Shown here: positions 20,811 through 29,251 of the stretch, piece after piece
Numbering within the stretch: the stretch's first letter is position 1
Layout of the letters: each line of letters starts with the position of its first letter
UHGV virus genome: UHGV-0181805
Source of the DNA: a virus
Direction: 5' to 3' (one strand)
Length of the DNA: 33,768 nucleotides
Program-made: the position numbers and the translations under genes
The notes under the pieces: generated by a model
What the model saw: only the letters and a program-made list of their open reading frames with translations
Told to the model about the DNA's origin: nothing
The model's database searches: none

Positions 20811-21268
20811 TGCTCTTTGATGTATTCCTGCAGATAGCCAACCTGCTTCGTCACTGTGACGATTCGCTCTCTGAGGGTGAAATAATCCCGTTCAGCGGAG
20901 TCAGTAAGTCGGGGGCCGGTAACATCGCCCAGGCCGCCGGTGCTGGTCGTTCCGTTCGCGGGACAGTTTGCGTTGAGCTGCAGCCGCTTACGGCCAGCAA
21001 TGACATCGCTATGCAGACGCTCAATGGTTTCTTTCGCATCAGCCAGTTCTCCGGTGTATTTGGCATCCAGTGCAGCGACATCACGCTGGCGGGTCTGCAT
21101 GTCTTTAATGGTGGCGGTCGCCAGGAGGAGTTTCTCAGTGGCCTTATCGCGCTGGTCTCTGTAAGTGATGGCGTTGTCGCGGTAGTGGTTCACGAAGAAA
21201 GCCAGTGCGCCGATTAACGCCAGCACCAGCAACTGCAGCCAGTAACGCTTAACCAGTGCGCTAATCAT
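20798..21268 (-). CDS. Rz: Spanin inner-membrane subunit Rz
   Basis: N-terminal TM helix, then ...[15 protein letters not shown]...[22 protein letters not shown]...RDYFTLRER... matching recalled lambda Rz. Confidence 0.85.
   Translation of the reverse strand: MISALVKRYWLQLLVLALIGALAFFVNHYRDNAITYRDQRDKATEKLLLATATIKDMQTRQRDVAALDAKYTGELADAKETIERLHSDVIAGRKRLQLNANCPANGTTSTGGLGDVTGPRLTDSAERDYFTLRERIVTVTKQVGYLQEYIKEQCLK
20851..21039 (-). CDS. Rz1: Spanin outer-membrane lipoprotein Rz1, embedded in Rz in another frame
   Basis: 62 aa from internal Met: [20 protein letters not shown] with lipobox, Pro-rich mature part; fully nested within Rz. Confidence 0.7.
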   Translation of the reverse strand: MRKKPLSVCIAMSLLAVSGCSSTQTVPRTERPAPAAWAMLPAPDLLTPLNGIISPSESESSQ

Positions 21269-21714
21269 GACAGGAACAGAGCTCGCTCTGCCTTGCGGCG
21301 ATTCGTGAGCCCCGGCATCACCTTTCCGCCTGATTTATTCCAGCGCAGAAATTCATCTGCCGCGCCTTTTATATCGCCAGCATTCAGCTTTTTCAGCAGT
21401 GTAGATGTGGAAAGAGCACGCGACCCAACGTTGTAAGCGAACGACACCAGTGCGTCGAACTGGCCTTGTGTCAGCTTCACCCTGACAACTTTCAGCACGT
21501 CATTCTCATAACCAACAAGCCCTGTTTTCAGAAGCCTGTCAGCGGTTTGCTGGTCGATAGTCATACCGCGCTTTACTGGCTTTCCGTCAACCGGATGGGT
21601 CCAGCCATAGCCGATGGTCCACGGCGCATCTCCCGTTCCGGGGTCTGGGTAAGCAGTCAGCCGACAACCTTCAAATTTTTTTATCAGAGCAATTCCGTCA
21701 GGACTGGTTTGCAT
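21265..21714 (-). CDS. Endolysin, T4/P22 gp19-type lysozyme (GH24); start placed at MQTSPDG
   Basis: ...[16 protein letters not shown]...GYG...[13 protein letters not shown]...[11 protein letters not shown] resembles P22 gp19; GGGAG upstream of chosen ATG. Confidence 0.85.
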   Translation of the reverse strand: MQTSPDGIALIKKFEGCRLTAYPDPGTGDAPWTIGYGWTHPVDGKPVKRGMTIDQQTADRLLKTGLVGYENDVLKVVRVKLTQGQFDALVSFAYNVGSRALSTSTLLKKLNAGDIKGAADEFLRWNKSGGKVMPGLTNRRKAERALFLS

Positions 21715-22021
21715 CGTCAACTCCCGCCTTTTTTGCTGCAAGTTTTTTAATAAGATTGCCGATCGAATCGGTGCCGATGTATCCAATAAAGACGCTGGCT
21801 ATGTAGGCGAGGTTGCTGCTCAGGCCGATAAAGTCCAGAAGGTCACGAACGAACCAGGCAATCATCGCGCACATCAGCGCATCAATTAGCGTTTTTGTTA
21901 CCGCGCCGCCGTTATAGCGACCACGCAGATACGCCATGATAAAAGCCAGCATTGCACCAATACCCTGCTCCTTGGCGGCAAGTAGCGCAGCGATGAAATC
22001 TTGTTTGTATGGCATTTTCAT
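21698..22021 (-). CDS. S: Holin, lambda S-type class I with MKM dual-start motif
   Basis: 107 aa from [40 protein letters not shown]...; near-identical in pattern to recalled lambda S107/S105; GGAGGTGA upstream. Confidence 0.85.
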   Translation of the reverse strand: MKMPYKQDFIAALLAAKEQGIGAMLAFIMAYLRGRYNGGAVTKTLIDALMCAMIAWFVRDLLDFIGLSSNLAYIASVFIGYIGTDSIGNLIKKLAAKKAGVDDANQS

Positions 22022-22130
22022 AGGCCTCACCTCCGATTTTTCGGATGGCGCTGTGTGTGTATGAAAAGGATCAGGCTTCACTGGCTGGATTTTCAACAAA
22101 GCACGTAGTGATTGATTCCCGTGAGCCTGA

Positions 22131-22154
22131 AATAAAAAACCCGCTCAAGGCGGG
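22131..22154 (-). terminator. Intrinsic terminator between tRNA genes and holin (tR'-like)
   Basis: Minus-strand CCCGCcttgaGCGGG followed by TTTTTTATTTC. Confidence 0.6.
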
Positions 22155-22210
22155 AATGTTAGGGTGTGGCAATGTCAGCTCTGCGGCTGAAGATACCCTG
22201 GCTGGGTTTT

Positions 22211-22286
22211 TGGTGCCGGTTAACGGATTTGAACCGCTACCTATTCACTTACAAGGCGACCGCTCTACCATTGGAGCTAAACCAGC
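22211..22286 (-). tRNA. tRNA-Thr (anticodon UGU)
   Basis: Hand-folded 76 nt: acceptor GCTGGTT/AACCGGC, D arm GCTC..GAGC with G18G19, anticodon loop CUUGUAA, T arm AGCGG-TTCAAAT-CCGTT, encoded CCA; one G.A mismatch in anticodon stem. Confidence 0.65.
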
Positions 22287-22291
22287 ATGTT

Positions 22292-22366
22292 TGGCGGGAC
22301 AGCGTGGACTCGAACCACGATAAGAAGGTTAACAGCCTTCCGTAATGACCTTTATACGACTGACCC
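22292..22366 (-). tRNA. tRNA-Asn (anticodon GUU)
   Basis: Hand-folded 75 nt: perfect anticodon stem GAAGG/CCTTC with loop CUGUUAA, T arm CGTGG-TTCGAGT-CCACG, encoded CCA; one T-T mismatch in acceptor stem and a weak D stem. Confidence 0.55.
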
Positions 22367-22399
22367 AAATAAAAAAAGCCACCGTTGCAACTTAAGAGT

Positions 22400-22452
22400 C
22401 ACTAACGGCAGCTTACCCTCTAATTATGGCTAAATGGCTAATTGCATGTCAA
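22400..22452 (-). promoter_or_regulatory. Candidate late promoter pR'-like just downstream of Q
   Basis: Minus-strand TTGACA (22447..22452) - 18 nt - CATAAT (22423..22428), immediately after Q stop; inferred by analogy to lambda pR'. Confidence 0.35.
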
Positions 22453-22948
22453 GGTTTTTAACAGCAACATGCTTAACTTTCTCAACACGTTTACGCATTT
22501 TGAAAGCATTTTGCATTGGTTGGTACAAAACAAATAATGACGCTTTCAGGATGTCGTCAATTTCATTTCTACAGGTTGCCAGTGAAGGTTTTCTCCATCC
22601 CTCGCCACCACGTCCACACATCTTGCGTGGCTTTGCAGTCGCGTGATAGTAGGATGCAATTGCTCGCTTAGATGAACCATGAGCGTAGTAGCTGAGGAGG
22701 ATGCCAAAGGCTTTCTTGTCAATGTACATGACGGAATCGACGACCTGAGAAATCAACATTCCATCGTCATCATTACACATTGGCCTTGTAATAACTCTTC
22801 CCGGCTCTACGCTCTCCATGAACTTCGCTATTACGCTGCTCATGCGCTTTTCCAGACGACCTGAATAAACCCATGCGCCCCATAGTTCAAGCCATCCATT
22901 CAGCCAATCGTGCTGCTCTTTGGTGAGGTTTAGTTCTCTTATGCTCAT
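22430..22948 (-). CDS. Q: Late-gene antiterminator Q (Phage_antitermQ-like)
   Basis: ...LELWGAWVYSG.....RPMCNDDDGMLI....D.....LLSYYAHG pattern resembles recalled QuuD/phage-82-type Q proteins; position directly upstream of lysis region. Confidence 0.7.
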   Translation of the reverse strand: MSIRELNLTKEQHDWLNGWLELWGAWVYSGRLEKRMSSVIAKFMESVEPGRVITRPMCNDDDGMLISQVVDSVMYIDKKAFGILLSYYAHGSSKRAIASYYHATAKPRKMCGRGGEGWRKPSLATCRNEIDDILKASLFVLYQPMQNAFKMRKRVEKVKHVAVKNLDMQLAI

Positions 22949-23133
22949 CGTCTTCCCCTCTTGCCCTGTTTGACCATCAGGACGCCGTTAACTATTACGT
23001 GACGCTCGCCTTTGCTGTCTCGGTTGTACTTGAGCACTGTTCCTCTTGCGCAGGAAAGCATCCTCGCCACTTCGGTCTGATTGCCTCGTGTCTGGATAAG
23101 AAGCTCTGGTATCGTTTGAATTGTGGCGTTCAT
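22945..23133 (-). CDS. ninH: NinH-like protein
   Basis: ...GNQTEVARMLSCARGTVLKY......H.IVNGVLMV resembles recalled lambda NinH. Confidence 0.6.
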   Translation of the reverse strand: MNATIQTIPELLIQTRGNQTEVARMLSCARGTVLKYNRDSKGERHVIVNGVLMVKQGKRGRR

Positions 23134-23492
23134 ACGTTCTCCAGTTCGGTGATTTTTATTCCAAGCCGTCCGCCTGGTACTTTCACGCCACGAATTACGC
23201 GAATGTCATCGAATTGCTCGTCGTCTTCCGCAAATCCGGCGTGGATAAGGGAGTCGAGTAAACCTTTCAGGATGTTGTCGAGGTCGCGGCGGCGGGAGTC
23301 TGGAACGTCTGCGATGACTTTGATGCGGAGTCGTGATTTGGTGAAAATGTCTAACTTAAGTTGGCGGATGATTTGCTGAACGTCTTTTCGGTATTTCTGG
23401 CCTTTATCGCTGATGTAGTATTGGCTTCCCCGTCTTCGCCAGTAGGTATTCACCGACGGCGGGTATGGAAGCACAAACTGATATTCGTTCAT
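23130..23492 (-). CDS. rusA: Holliday-junction resolvase RusA
   Basis: 120 aa; ...LPYPPSVNTYWR....ADVPDSRRRDLDNILKGLLDSLIHAGF..DD.Q......GGRL.I.ITE matches RusA motifs. Confidence 0.85.
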   Translation of the reverse strand: MNEYQFVLPYPPSVNTYWRRRGSQYYISDKGQKYRKDVQQIIRQLKLDIFTKSRLRIKVIADVPDSRRRDLDNILKGLLDSLIHAGFAEDDEQFDDIRVIRGVKVPGGRLGIKITELENV

Positions 23493-23779
23493 GACTTAAT
23501 CTTCCCCTCCTTCAGCAGTATCGCCTGCGTCCTGATCACGCCTTCGAGGTGGTAAAGTCTGGCGTCTTTGTTGTCGAGAATCATTGTGCGTCGGTCGATT
23601 TCATCGTGACACGCGCTACAAGCCCATGCGCCGATCAGGTCGCCAGGCTTCATTCCCGTTCCGCAAATTCCAGCCATCCGGTAATGTGCCAGAACTGTAG
23701 TTTCAGGATTACCATTGCATACGCCGTAAATACGTACCTGGCATTCTCTGCCGCGTGCTTCTTTGCGTAGATTAGCCAT
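23489..23779 (-). CDS. YbcO-like DUF1364 protein
   Basis: 96 aa; MANLRKEARGRECQVRI.GVCNGNPETTVLAH.R..G.CGTG.KP.DLI...ACSACHDEIDRR matches recalled DLP12 YbcO. Confidence 0.7.
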   Translation of the reverse strand: MANLRKEARGRECQVRIYGVCNGNPETTVLAHYRMAGICGTGMKPGDLIGAWACSACHDEIDRRTMILDNKDARLYHLEGVIRTQAILLKEGKIKS

Positions 23780-24504
23780 TAAGCAGCCTCCCCTGTTACT
23801 TTCAGCATTCCGTTATCGAGCAGCTTTCTGGTCAGCCACTGTTGACCACGCCCGGTGATTTTTGTGGTGAACAATATCTGTATTCCGTGATTTGTGTTGC
23901 CCGCTGTTTCTTTCACTGTGAAATAGCCGCGATCCATATATTCCTGCATTGGCACATTGCGCCGGGAACCTGAAGCAATAAGGATTTTGTGATCGCGCAT
24001 CCACGCAAACAGTATGTTTGGACCAATACCGACAACCTTTGCAAAGTTTCCAATCAAAATTCCACTGGCCTCGCCAACGCGATCGGCAAACTCAACTTTA
24101 GGTGCTGCGAGAGCAAGCTGTTTCTCCAGTTCAGCCTTCTGGTCTTCAAGGTCAGCCGCGAGGCGCAATGCTTCAGAGAAGGTTTGTGGGATTTTCGCGG
24201 TTGCCCCTTCAAGCTCTCGCCAGCGGTCAACAAGGCGAGCGGTGAACTCTGGCGACAACTGGGCGACGACAATAATGCTGTCTCGCTTTCCTTGTTCTCC
24301 TTCGAAGACGTAGAAATCACGCTTCCCGGTAATAACACCTAAATCATTGATTATGTTAGTGTGCTGCAATGCAGGAGGCTTGATAACGCCACGTTTCACC
24401 AATCTATCTATGGATACTTTTACATTGCTATGGCGGCTTTCTACCAACTCAGCGATTTCAATGCTTGTCATTTTGATGGCATTGCCATTTATTAACTCAT
24501 TCAT
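23779..24504 (-). CDS. Rha-family regulatory protein with KilA-C/ANT C-terminal domain (antirepressor-like)
   Basis: N-terminal Rha-like segment and C-terminal ...KVEFADRVGEASGILIGNFAKVVGIGPNILFAWMRDHKIL... typical of KilAC/AntA. Confidence 0.7.
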   Translation of the reverse strand: MNELINGNAIKMTSIEIAELVESRHSNVKVSIDRLVKRGVIKPPALQHTNIINDLGVITGKRDFYVFEGEQGKRDSIIVVAQLSPEFTARLVDRWRELEGATAKIPQTFSEALRLAADLEDQKAELEKQLALAAPKVEFADRVGEASGILIGNFAKVVGIGPNILFAWMRDHKILIASGSRRNVPMQEYMDRGYFTVKETAGNTNHGIQILFTTKITGRGQQWLTRKLLDNGMLKVTGEAA

Positions 24505-24667
24505 CGTCTTCTTCCTCGTACATTGAGCTATTCGGATCGCTCATCAGCTCTGCGCAGCAATCGGAGCACACGTGAACTTCAAGCACATGCAGCTTCTGAC
24601 CGCAGTTAGCGCACGTTAAAGCCCGCTCGACGCTTTCTTGTTCGTAACTTCGATTTGGGTCAATCAC
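24501..24667 (-). CDS. ninF: NinF-like small protein (GTG start; not in supplied ORF track)
   Basis: Self-translated ...[46 protein letters not shown] matches recalled lambda NinF; overlapping start/stop with neighbours. Confidence 0.55.
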
Positions 24668-24846
24668 CTTGTTTTCCTCGCACGTTCTCTAAGCCACCGG
24701 ATATCCCACAGGTGAGCCGTGTAGTTGAAGGTTTTTACGTCAGATTCTTTTGGGATTGGCTTGCGTTTATTTCTGGAGCGTTTCGTTGGAAGGTATTTGC
24801 AGTTTTCGCAGATGATGTCGGTGATACTTCGTCGCTGTCGCCTCAT
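24664..24846 (-). CDS. ninE: NinE-like protein (start at internal Met of the longer ORF)
   Basis: [60 protein letters not shown] matches recalled lambda NinE. Confidence 0.65.
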   Translation of the reverse strand: MRRQRRSITDIICENCKYLPTKRSRNKRKPIPKESDVKTFNYTAHLWDIRWLRERARKTR

Positions 24847-25406
24847 GCCGCCCTCCTGACGCCCTGCCCGATCGCCATCAATGCCGCTTTGGATACGGTA
24901 GTAAACATCCGTCGAGGACTGATGAACGGTCGCCAAATCAGCAGCATGGAGCCTTTGCTGTTTCCCTTCTTCTCCAGCCCTGTCGATGGTTCGATAAAAT
25001 TAATCCGTCCATCAGTGATGATGCGAACTTCGTCAACACTCTCCAGAGCCTTGCTGAACCATCCGACTGACATATCCTCTGGCACAAGCATAACTACCGT
25101 CTGTCGCTGTTGTATGCACTGCTCAGCGGCTTTTTCCACCCACGGCCTGATATTGCTGTACGGCGGGTTATTCCAGATTGCACCGTGGCTTACCCACTCA
25201 GAATTGAGCGCGTCGTCGGCCTCAGTTAGCCAGTGAGCACACAGAGCATTTTTGTCGCTCGCTGCCGAATCCAGCCAGAATCCAAACTCAATATCCAGTG
25301 CATCAAAAAGCCAGAGCGGCGTTTGCCAGCAGTCCTTGTCGTGTGCTGGCGTATTTGATTTGATAGTCACTCTACTTGCCTCTCCTTTAGATCCCGGTAC
25401 TCGCAA
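24843..25406 (-). CDS. Orphan DNA N6-adenine methyltransferase (phage Dam-type); start uncertain (possibly GTG near 25370)
   Basis: ...[10 protein letters not shown]....EFGF.LD.AAS......A..W.......L...W...[10 protein letters not shown]... with NPPY catalytic motif; no adjacent endonuclease gene. Confidence 0.8.
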   Translation of the reverse strand: MRVPGSKGEASRVTIKSNTPAHDKDCWQTPLWLFDALDIEFGFWLDSAASDKNALCAHWLTEADDALNSEWVSHGAIWNNPPYSNIRPWVEKAAEQCIQQRQTVVMLVPEDMSVGWFSKALESVDEVRIITDGRINFIEPSTGLEKKGNSKGSMLLIWRPFISPRRMFTTVSKAALMAIGQGVRRAA

Positions 25407-25792
25407 TTATCAGGAATGGTTAGTCGTAATCCCTTCTGATGCGCCCACTGGTCAATATCGGTCAGATATTTGTGCATATCTCCAATATCAAGCTGACGTG
25501 TTGATTTAACGCATCGTGTAATATTAAAAATCGTCACCCTTTTAGCCGGACAAAATATATCTTTCAGCCACTCATGAACCTCTTCAGGCGTGAAGTTTTC
25601 AGCAGAAGCAGCAGATAACTGTGCGGCTATTTCTGCATTCCACATCCACAGCAGATTGTTTTGTGACAATGTACGCTTCTCACGGTACTCAGATATTTTG
25701 ATTCTCCAGCGTTTGCCGGTAGAGAGGATTTGTTTCAGAACTAACCAGAATTGTGATTTATTGGTTTCGTGCAGAATGAAATCATTCATCAT
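25367..25792 (-). CDS. ninB: NinB-like recombination protein
   Basis: 141 aa; ...REKRTLSQNNLLWMW... resembles NinB ...RNRSLDQNRKLWA...; nin-region position. Confidence 0.6.
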   Translation of the reverse strand: MMNDFILHETNKSQFWLVLKQILSTGKRWRIKISEYREKRTLSQNNLLWMWNAEIAAQLSAASAENFTPEEVHEWLKDIFCPAKRVTIFNITRCVKSTRQLDIGDMHKYLTDIDQWAHQKGLRLTIPDNCEYRDLKERQVE

Positions 25793-26009
25793 CAGTCATC
25801 AAATCTAATTGCTGGATAATTCTGTCACACTGAAAATCAGTATCGATTTTAACCAACCGGCGAAGAACGCGGTCACGCGGATAGATCCGTGGCTTAGGGG
25901 CGTTTTTCTGTCTCTCGCCAGTCGGAAGTCTGGAAGCAGACCAGTACCGCTTTGCACGACCAATGTTCTCCTGAAAGTCGGCGCAGACAAGCTCAGTCAT
26001 CGAACTCAT
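25782..26009 (-). CDS. Hypothetical 75-aa nin-region protein
   Basis: ORF only; position between helicase and NinB. Confidence 0.4.
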   Translation of the reverse strand: MSSMTELVCADFQENIGRAKRYWSASRLPTGERQKNAPKPRIYPRDRVLRRLVKIDTDFQCDRIIQQLDLMTDDE

Positions 26010-26094
26010 TTCTTAAAGCCTCCAATTACTCTCCCCCAAATAAAAAAGCCTGCGATTACCTGCAGGCCTGTTACAAGCTCAGTGATGTAGATGG

Positions 26095-27471
26095 TCATAC
26101 GTCAGCCCCTTGTGCATATCGTCTGCCACGCGCAGCGGGCGCATTTGATGCTGTGCAAATCTGTCTGGCTTCATCCTGGTCACATGCAACAAAGTGTCCG
26201 TTACAGAACCGCTGGTAAACCGTACCAAGCGAGCCAAAACGGTTTTTCGTCACGATGATTTCAGCAAATGGCGCGGCGCTACTGCTCTCGTCATATACCG
26301 CTTCCCGATAGAGCATGATGATTGAGTCTGCGTCCTGTTCAATGCTTCCTGAATCACGCAAATCTGCGTTTGTCGGGCGTTTGTTTGGTCGCTTCTCAAC
26401 ATCGCGTGAAAGCTGACTCAGGGAAATAACCGGTGTTTTCAGGTCTTTCGCCATCGCCTTCAGGCTTCCGGAGATGTGAGCAATTGCGAGGTCGTTGCGG
26501 TCTGCTTTCGGCTTCTCAATCAGACCAAGATAATCCGCCATGATGAGTGACAGGTTTGGATTTTCCTGTTTGTGCCGTTCTGCGATTGAGCGTATTTCTT
26601 CGACCGATAACCGCGAGGCATCGACTACCCATACATCCAAATCTGCAAGCTGACTCATGCCGTTAGCAACGCGCGCCCAGCCTTCGTCATCCATCGATGC
26701 AGGATTTCGCAGCACGCTAACCGACATCCTCCCGGCGTTGGCAATACTTCGCTCTGCAATCTGCAATGCGCTCATTTCCATCGAGAAAATCAACACTCCG
26801 CGCCGGACGTCAGAACCAGGAATAACGCGGCTTGCAACGCCTTCGGCAATCTTCAGCGCCAGTTCGGTTTTACCCATACCAGGACGAGCGGCGATAATCA
26901 CCAGGTCTTCTGCGTTCATCCCTCCGGTGATGGCGTCAAGTTCATCGATTCCGGTCTTCAGGGTATCTGACTCTTCTCCGTTCCTCAGACGCCTGTCAAG
27001 CGTGTCAGTGTAGTCAGTGATGATTTCCCCTAACCGTACAGGTTTAACCTCGTCACGGGGCTTTCTGATGGCTGAAAGACGCTTTACAAGTTCATCCATC
27101 GCCTGACTCGATGCGTCGATGGTTCCGCTCTGAATTGGTTCACGCATTTCATCCATGATTTCCAGAACCAGACGGCGGTGATAGTTATCCGCGACCATTC
27201 CGGCATATCCCTTCAGGTTTGCGGCACTCGGGCAGTTTTTGCTGGTCATCAGGATTGACGTGAAATGTTCCTCTCCGCACGCCTCGGCAACCATCAGCGC
27301 GTCGATTAGGTTTCTGTTTCTCGCCTGCTTACGGATAACTTCGAAGGCTTTCCGGTAGAGCGGAATTGAAAACGCTTCCGGCTCCAGCGTTGCCAGAACG
27401 TCGCTGGCGGTTGGAGTTAATCCACCAATCAGCAGGCCACCGATAACGCTCGCTTCGATATCCTGTTTCAT
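26095..27471 (-). CDS. Replicative DNA helicase, DnaB-like (P22 gene 12 analogue)
   Basis: 458 aa; N-terminal DnaB-like domain, Walker [16 protein letters not shown], ...IIMLYRE..Y... motifs; downstream of O-like gene. Confidence 0.85.
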   Translation of the reverse strand: MKQDIEASVIGGLLIGGLTPTASDVLATLEPEAFSIPLYRKAFEVIRKQARNRNLIDALMVAEACGEEHFTSILMTSKNCPSAANLKGYAGMVADNYHRRLVLEIMDEMREPIQSGTIDASSQAMDELVKRLSAIRKPRDEVKPVRLGEIITDYTDTLDRRLRNGEESDTLKTGIDELDAITGGMNAEDLVIIAARPGMGKTELALKIAEGVASRVIPGSDVRRGVLIFSMEMSALQIAERSIANAGRMSVSVLRNPASMDDEGWARVANGMSQLADLDVWVVDASRLSVEEIRSIAERHKQENPNLSLIMADYLGLIEKPKADRNDLAIAHISGSLKAMAKDLKTPVISLSQLSRDVEKRPNKRPTNADLRDSGSIEQDADSIIMLYREAVYDESSSAAPFAEIIVTKNRFGSLGTVYQRFCNGHFVACDQDEARQICTASNAPAARGRRYAQGADV

Positions 27472-28289
27472 GCAATCCCCCTGTCTGCAAACTTCCCTTC
27501 CCGTACCCCCGTTAACGAGTCTTCCCTCAGCAGGTAATCAAAATCTGCCGTCCAGCCAGTGTCGTTGTCTCCGAAGTAAAACGGCTTGGCCTGATGCACA
27601 AACGCCCTGACATACGCTCTGAAACCGTCCACGTTTGGCGTTTTCAGTTGCGGAATGATTTTCTTCAGGCGGCGTTTTCGTTTCTCGTTGACCGCAACAG
27701 CGTGTGGCAGTCTGTCACCGACTTCGGTGTTGTAGGCGTTCAGGAAGGATTCGTAGTCGATTCGTTCTGCCTTGCGACGTTCAGGTTTAACCTGCCCATC
27801 GCCGCCCCCGTTAGGGGGTAAGGGGGTGTTTGTATTTATTGTCTTTTGTATATTGTCTTTTGTGTTTAGCTGACTTGGCTTATACCCATTAGCCGACTTG
27901 GCTAATGTTTTATTAGCTGTTTTAGCTAATGTTAAGCTGTCCTGGCTAATCCACTGCGAAACCACCTTGTTCACTCCGATTTTCACGCCATCAGCAATGA
28001 GGAATTTACGCTCAATAAGCTGGCGCTTGGCAGCGCAAACATGAGTGTGATGAATACCTGTCATGGCTGCTATCTGCGTGTTTGTGAGTCGATCCATCGG
28101 CTTATTGAATCCGTATGTCTTGCGCATGATAGCGAGCATCACCTTCAGCTGCCGGACGGTTAAATCAGCCATCAGCAGACTGTCGGTAATCTCGTTAGCA
28201 ACGCGCATGAAACCATCTTCGGTATCTGCCACGCGATGCTCCACGACCTCCAGTTGAGGCCTGTAATCAGCTAACTTAACGACGCCCAT
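27468..28289 (-). CDS. Replication initiator, lambda O-like (N-terminal iteron-binding domain)
   Basis: ...[38 protein letters not shown]... matches recalled lambda O ...LTKRQFKVLLAILRKTYGWNKPMDRITDSQL...; iterons lie inside the gene. Confidence 0.8.
   Translation of the reverse strand: MGVVKLADYRPQLEVVEHRVADTEDGFMRVANEITDSLLMADLTVRQLKVMLAIMRKTYGFNKPMDRLTNTQIAAMTGIHHTHVCAAKRQLIERKFLIADGVKIGVNKVVSQWISQDSLTLAKTANKTLAKSANGYKPSQLNTKDNIQKTINTNTPLPPNGGGDGQVKPERRKAERIDYESFLNAYNTEVGDRLPHAVAVNEKRKRRLKKIIPQLKTPNVDGFRAYVRAFVHQAKPFYFGDNDTGWTADFDYLLREDSLTGVREGKFADRGIA
27805..27951. other. Origin of replication inside the O-like gene: four ~19-bp iterons, AT-rich block with two ATTGTCTTTTGT copies, GC palindrome CCCCCgttaGGGGG
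   Basis: Iterons TTAGCTGACTTGGCTTATA, TTAGCCGACTTGGCTAATG, TTAGCTGTTTTAGCTAATG, TTAAGCTGTCCTGGCTAAT starting 27866, 27889, 27913, 27932; layout parallels ori-lambda. Confidence 0.7.
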
Positions 28290-28469
28290 GTTTCACTCCT
28301 GCTTTGGCTAGTCTGTAAACACCAACAAGGCGCTCTGCGAACGCCCTGTTATTTGCTGCGGCTACCACTAATCCCTCAGGTGAATCAGGGTGTCGAATCT
28401 CTTCTTTTTCCTGGTATTTCTTACGACGTTTTGTCATAATGACTCCTGTGGATTGATCCAGTAATTACC

Positions 28470-28766
28470 TCAGAATTGCATATCAATTTGCTTAAAATCC
28501 TCGGTGGCGGCCGGGGATTTTTTCTTTGTGATTTCATCAAGCGCATACTTAAAAGCCCTACTAATCGGACTGATGTCTGATGCCATTCCAAAAGCACACA
28601 AGACCGAAGCAATAAACCTCCAGTCCGTTCTGCTTATCTTCGATTCATGACAGCCAATCATCTTTGCCAGACCGCGCTGGGTAAGCGTTGACAGGTTGAT
28701 GAGTAAATCAGTTTCAGCGCGATCAATTTCTCGCTGTGTTGGCTTGCTGTAACTTGCTTGTGTCAT
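28470..28766 (-). CDS. cII: CII-like transcriptional activator
   Basis: 98 aa; HTH ...GLAKMIGCHESKISR.DW.....L... and C-terminal KKKSPAATEDFKQIDMQF versus lambda CII ...KKRPAATERSEQIQMEF. Confidence 0.75.
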   Translation of the reverse strand: MTQASYSKPTQREIDRAETDLLINLSTLTQRGLAKMIGCHESKISRTDWRFIASVLCAFGMASDISPISRAFKYALDEITKKKSPAATEDFKQIDMQF

Positions 28767-28851
28767 TTCTCACTATTTCCAATAGTGAATAGTTAGTTGA
28801 AAGGTATGCGTGGAAACGCATATGACCTTAGTTGGTCAGATATCTTGGGAC

Positions 28852-28897
28852 TCGCTTTGTCAGCGACGTAGGACGAATGTCCATTGTGAAAAGAGCG
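28852..28897 (-). promoter_or_regulatory. nutR-like site: boxA CGCTCTTTTC (28888..28897) and boxB hairpin UCGCU-GACAA-AGCGA (28852..28866)
   Basis: Minus-strand reading; boxB has the same GACAA pentaloop as the nutL boxB; located between cro and cII. Confidence 0.55.
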
Positions 28898-28904
28898 GTG
28901 TTAC

Positions 28905-29138
28905 TTATGCTGCTGATGCTCTACGCGATACGAACACCAGGTTTTCCTTTTTCACGGGTTTATAGGCCGTGAAATTACGAGTAGCTTCTTCGATTGCATT
29001 CGCTTTATCAGGGGAAGCTCTTCGAAATCCATATGCAATCTGGTCAAGATAGCCAACTGAAGTTTTCGCTAATGCGGCGAGTCGCTTCCATTCCTCACTA
29101 GAAGCCTCTTTTCGCCAGCGTAGTAGTTCATTACTCAT
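28905..29138 (-). CDS. cro: Cro-like small HTH repressor
   Basis: 77 aa, divergent from cI across the operator region, GGAGG upstream; ...LAALAKTSVGYLDQIAYG... HTH-like. Confidence 0.6.
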   Translation of the reverse strand: MSNELLRWRKEASSEEWKRLAALAKTSVGYLDQIAYGFRRASPDKANAIEEATRNFTAYKPVKKENLVFVSRRASAA

Positions 29139-29251
29139 TAGTGCCTCCGTTTATCATACAGAATAACTTTACCATTTTGATAAATCAACCGCAATGTAAA
29201 TTTATCATATTGCGTATTTATCCATTTGCTAAATAGAGGGAGAATTGTGAG
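29139..29251. promoter_or_regulatory. OR operator region with pR (minus strand: -35 TTGCGG 29189..29194, -10 TAAAGT 29166..29171)
   Basis: 17-bp near-palindromes TTTACCattttGATAAA (29168..29184) and TTTATCcatttGCTAAA (29217..29233) plus TTTATCAT half-sites at 29150 and 29201; palindrome sits in the pR spacer. Confidence 0.6.

Noticed and set aside
24655-25236. 193-aa plus-strand ORF across ninE and the methyltransferase
   Set aside because: Antisense to two genes with recognisable homology; no independent support.
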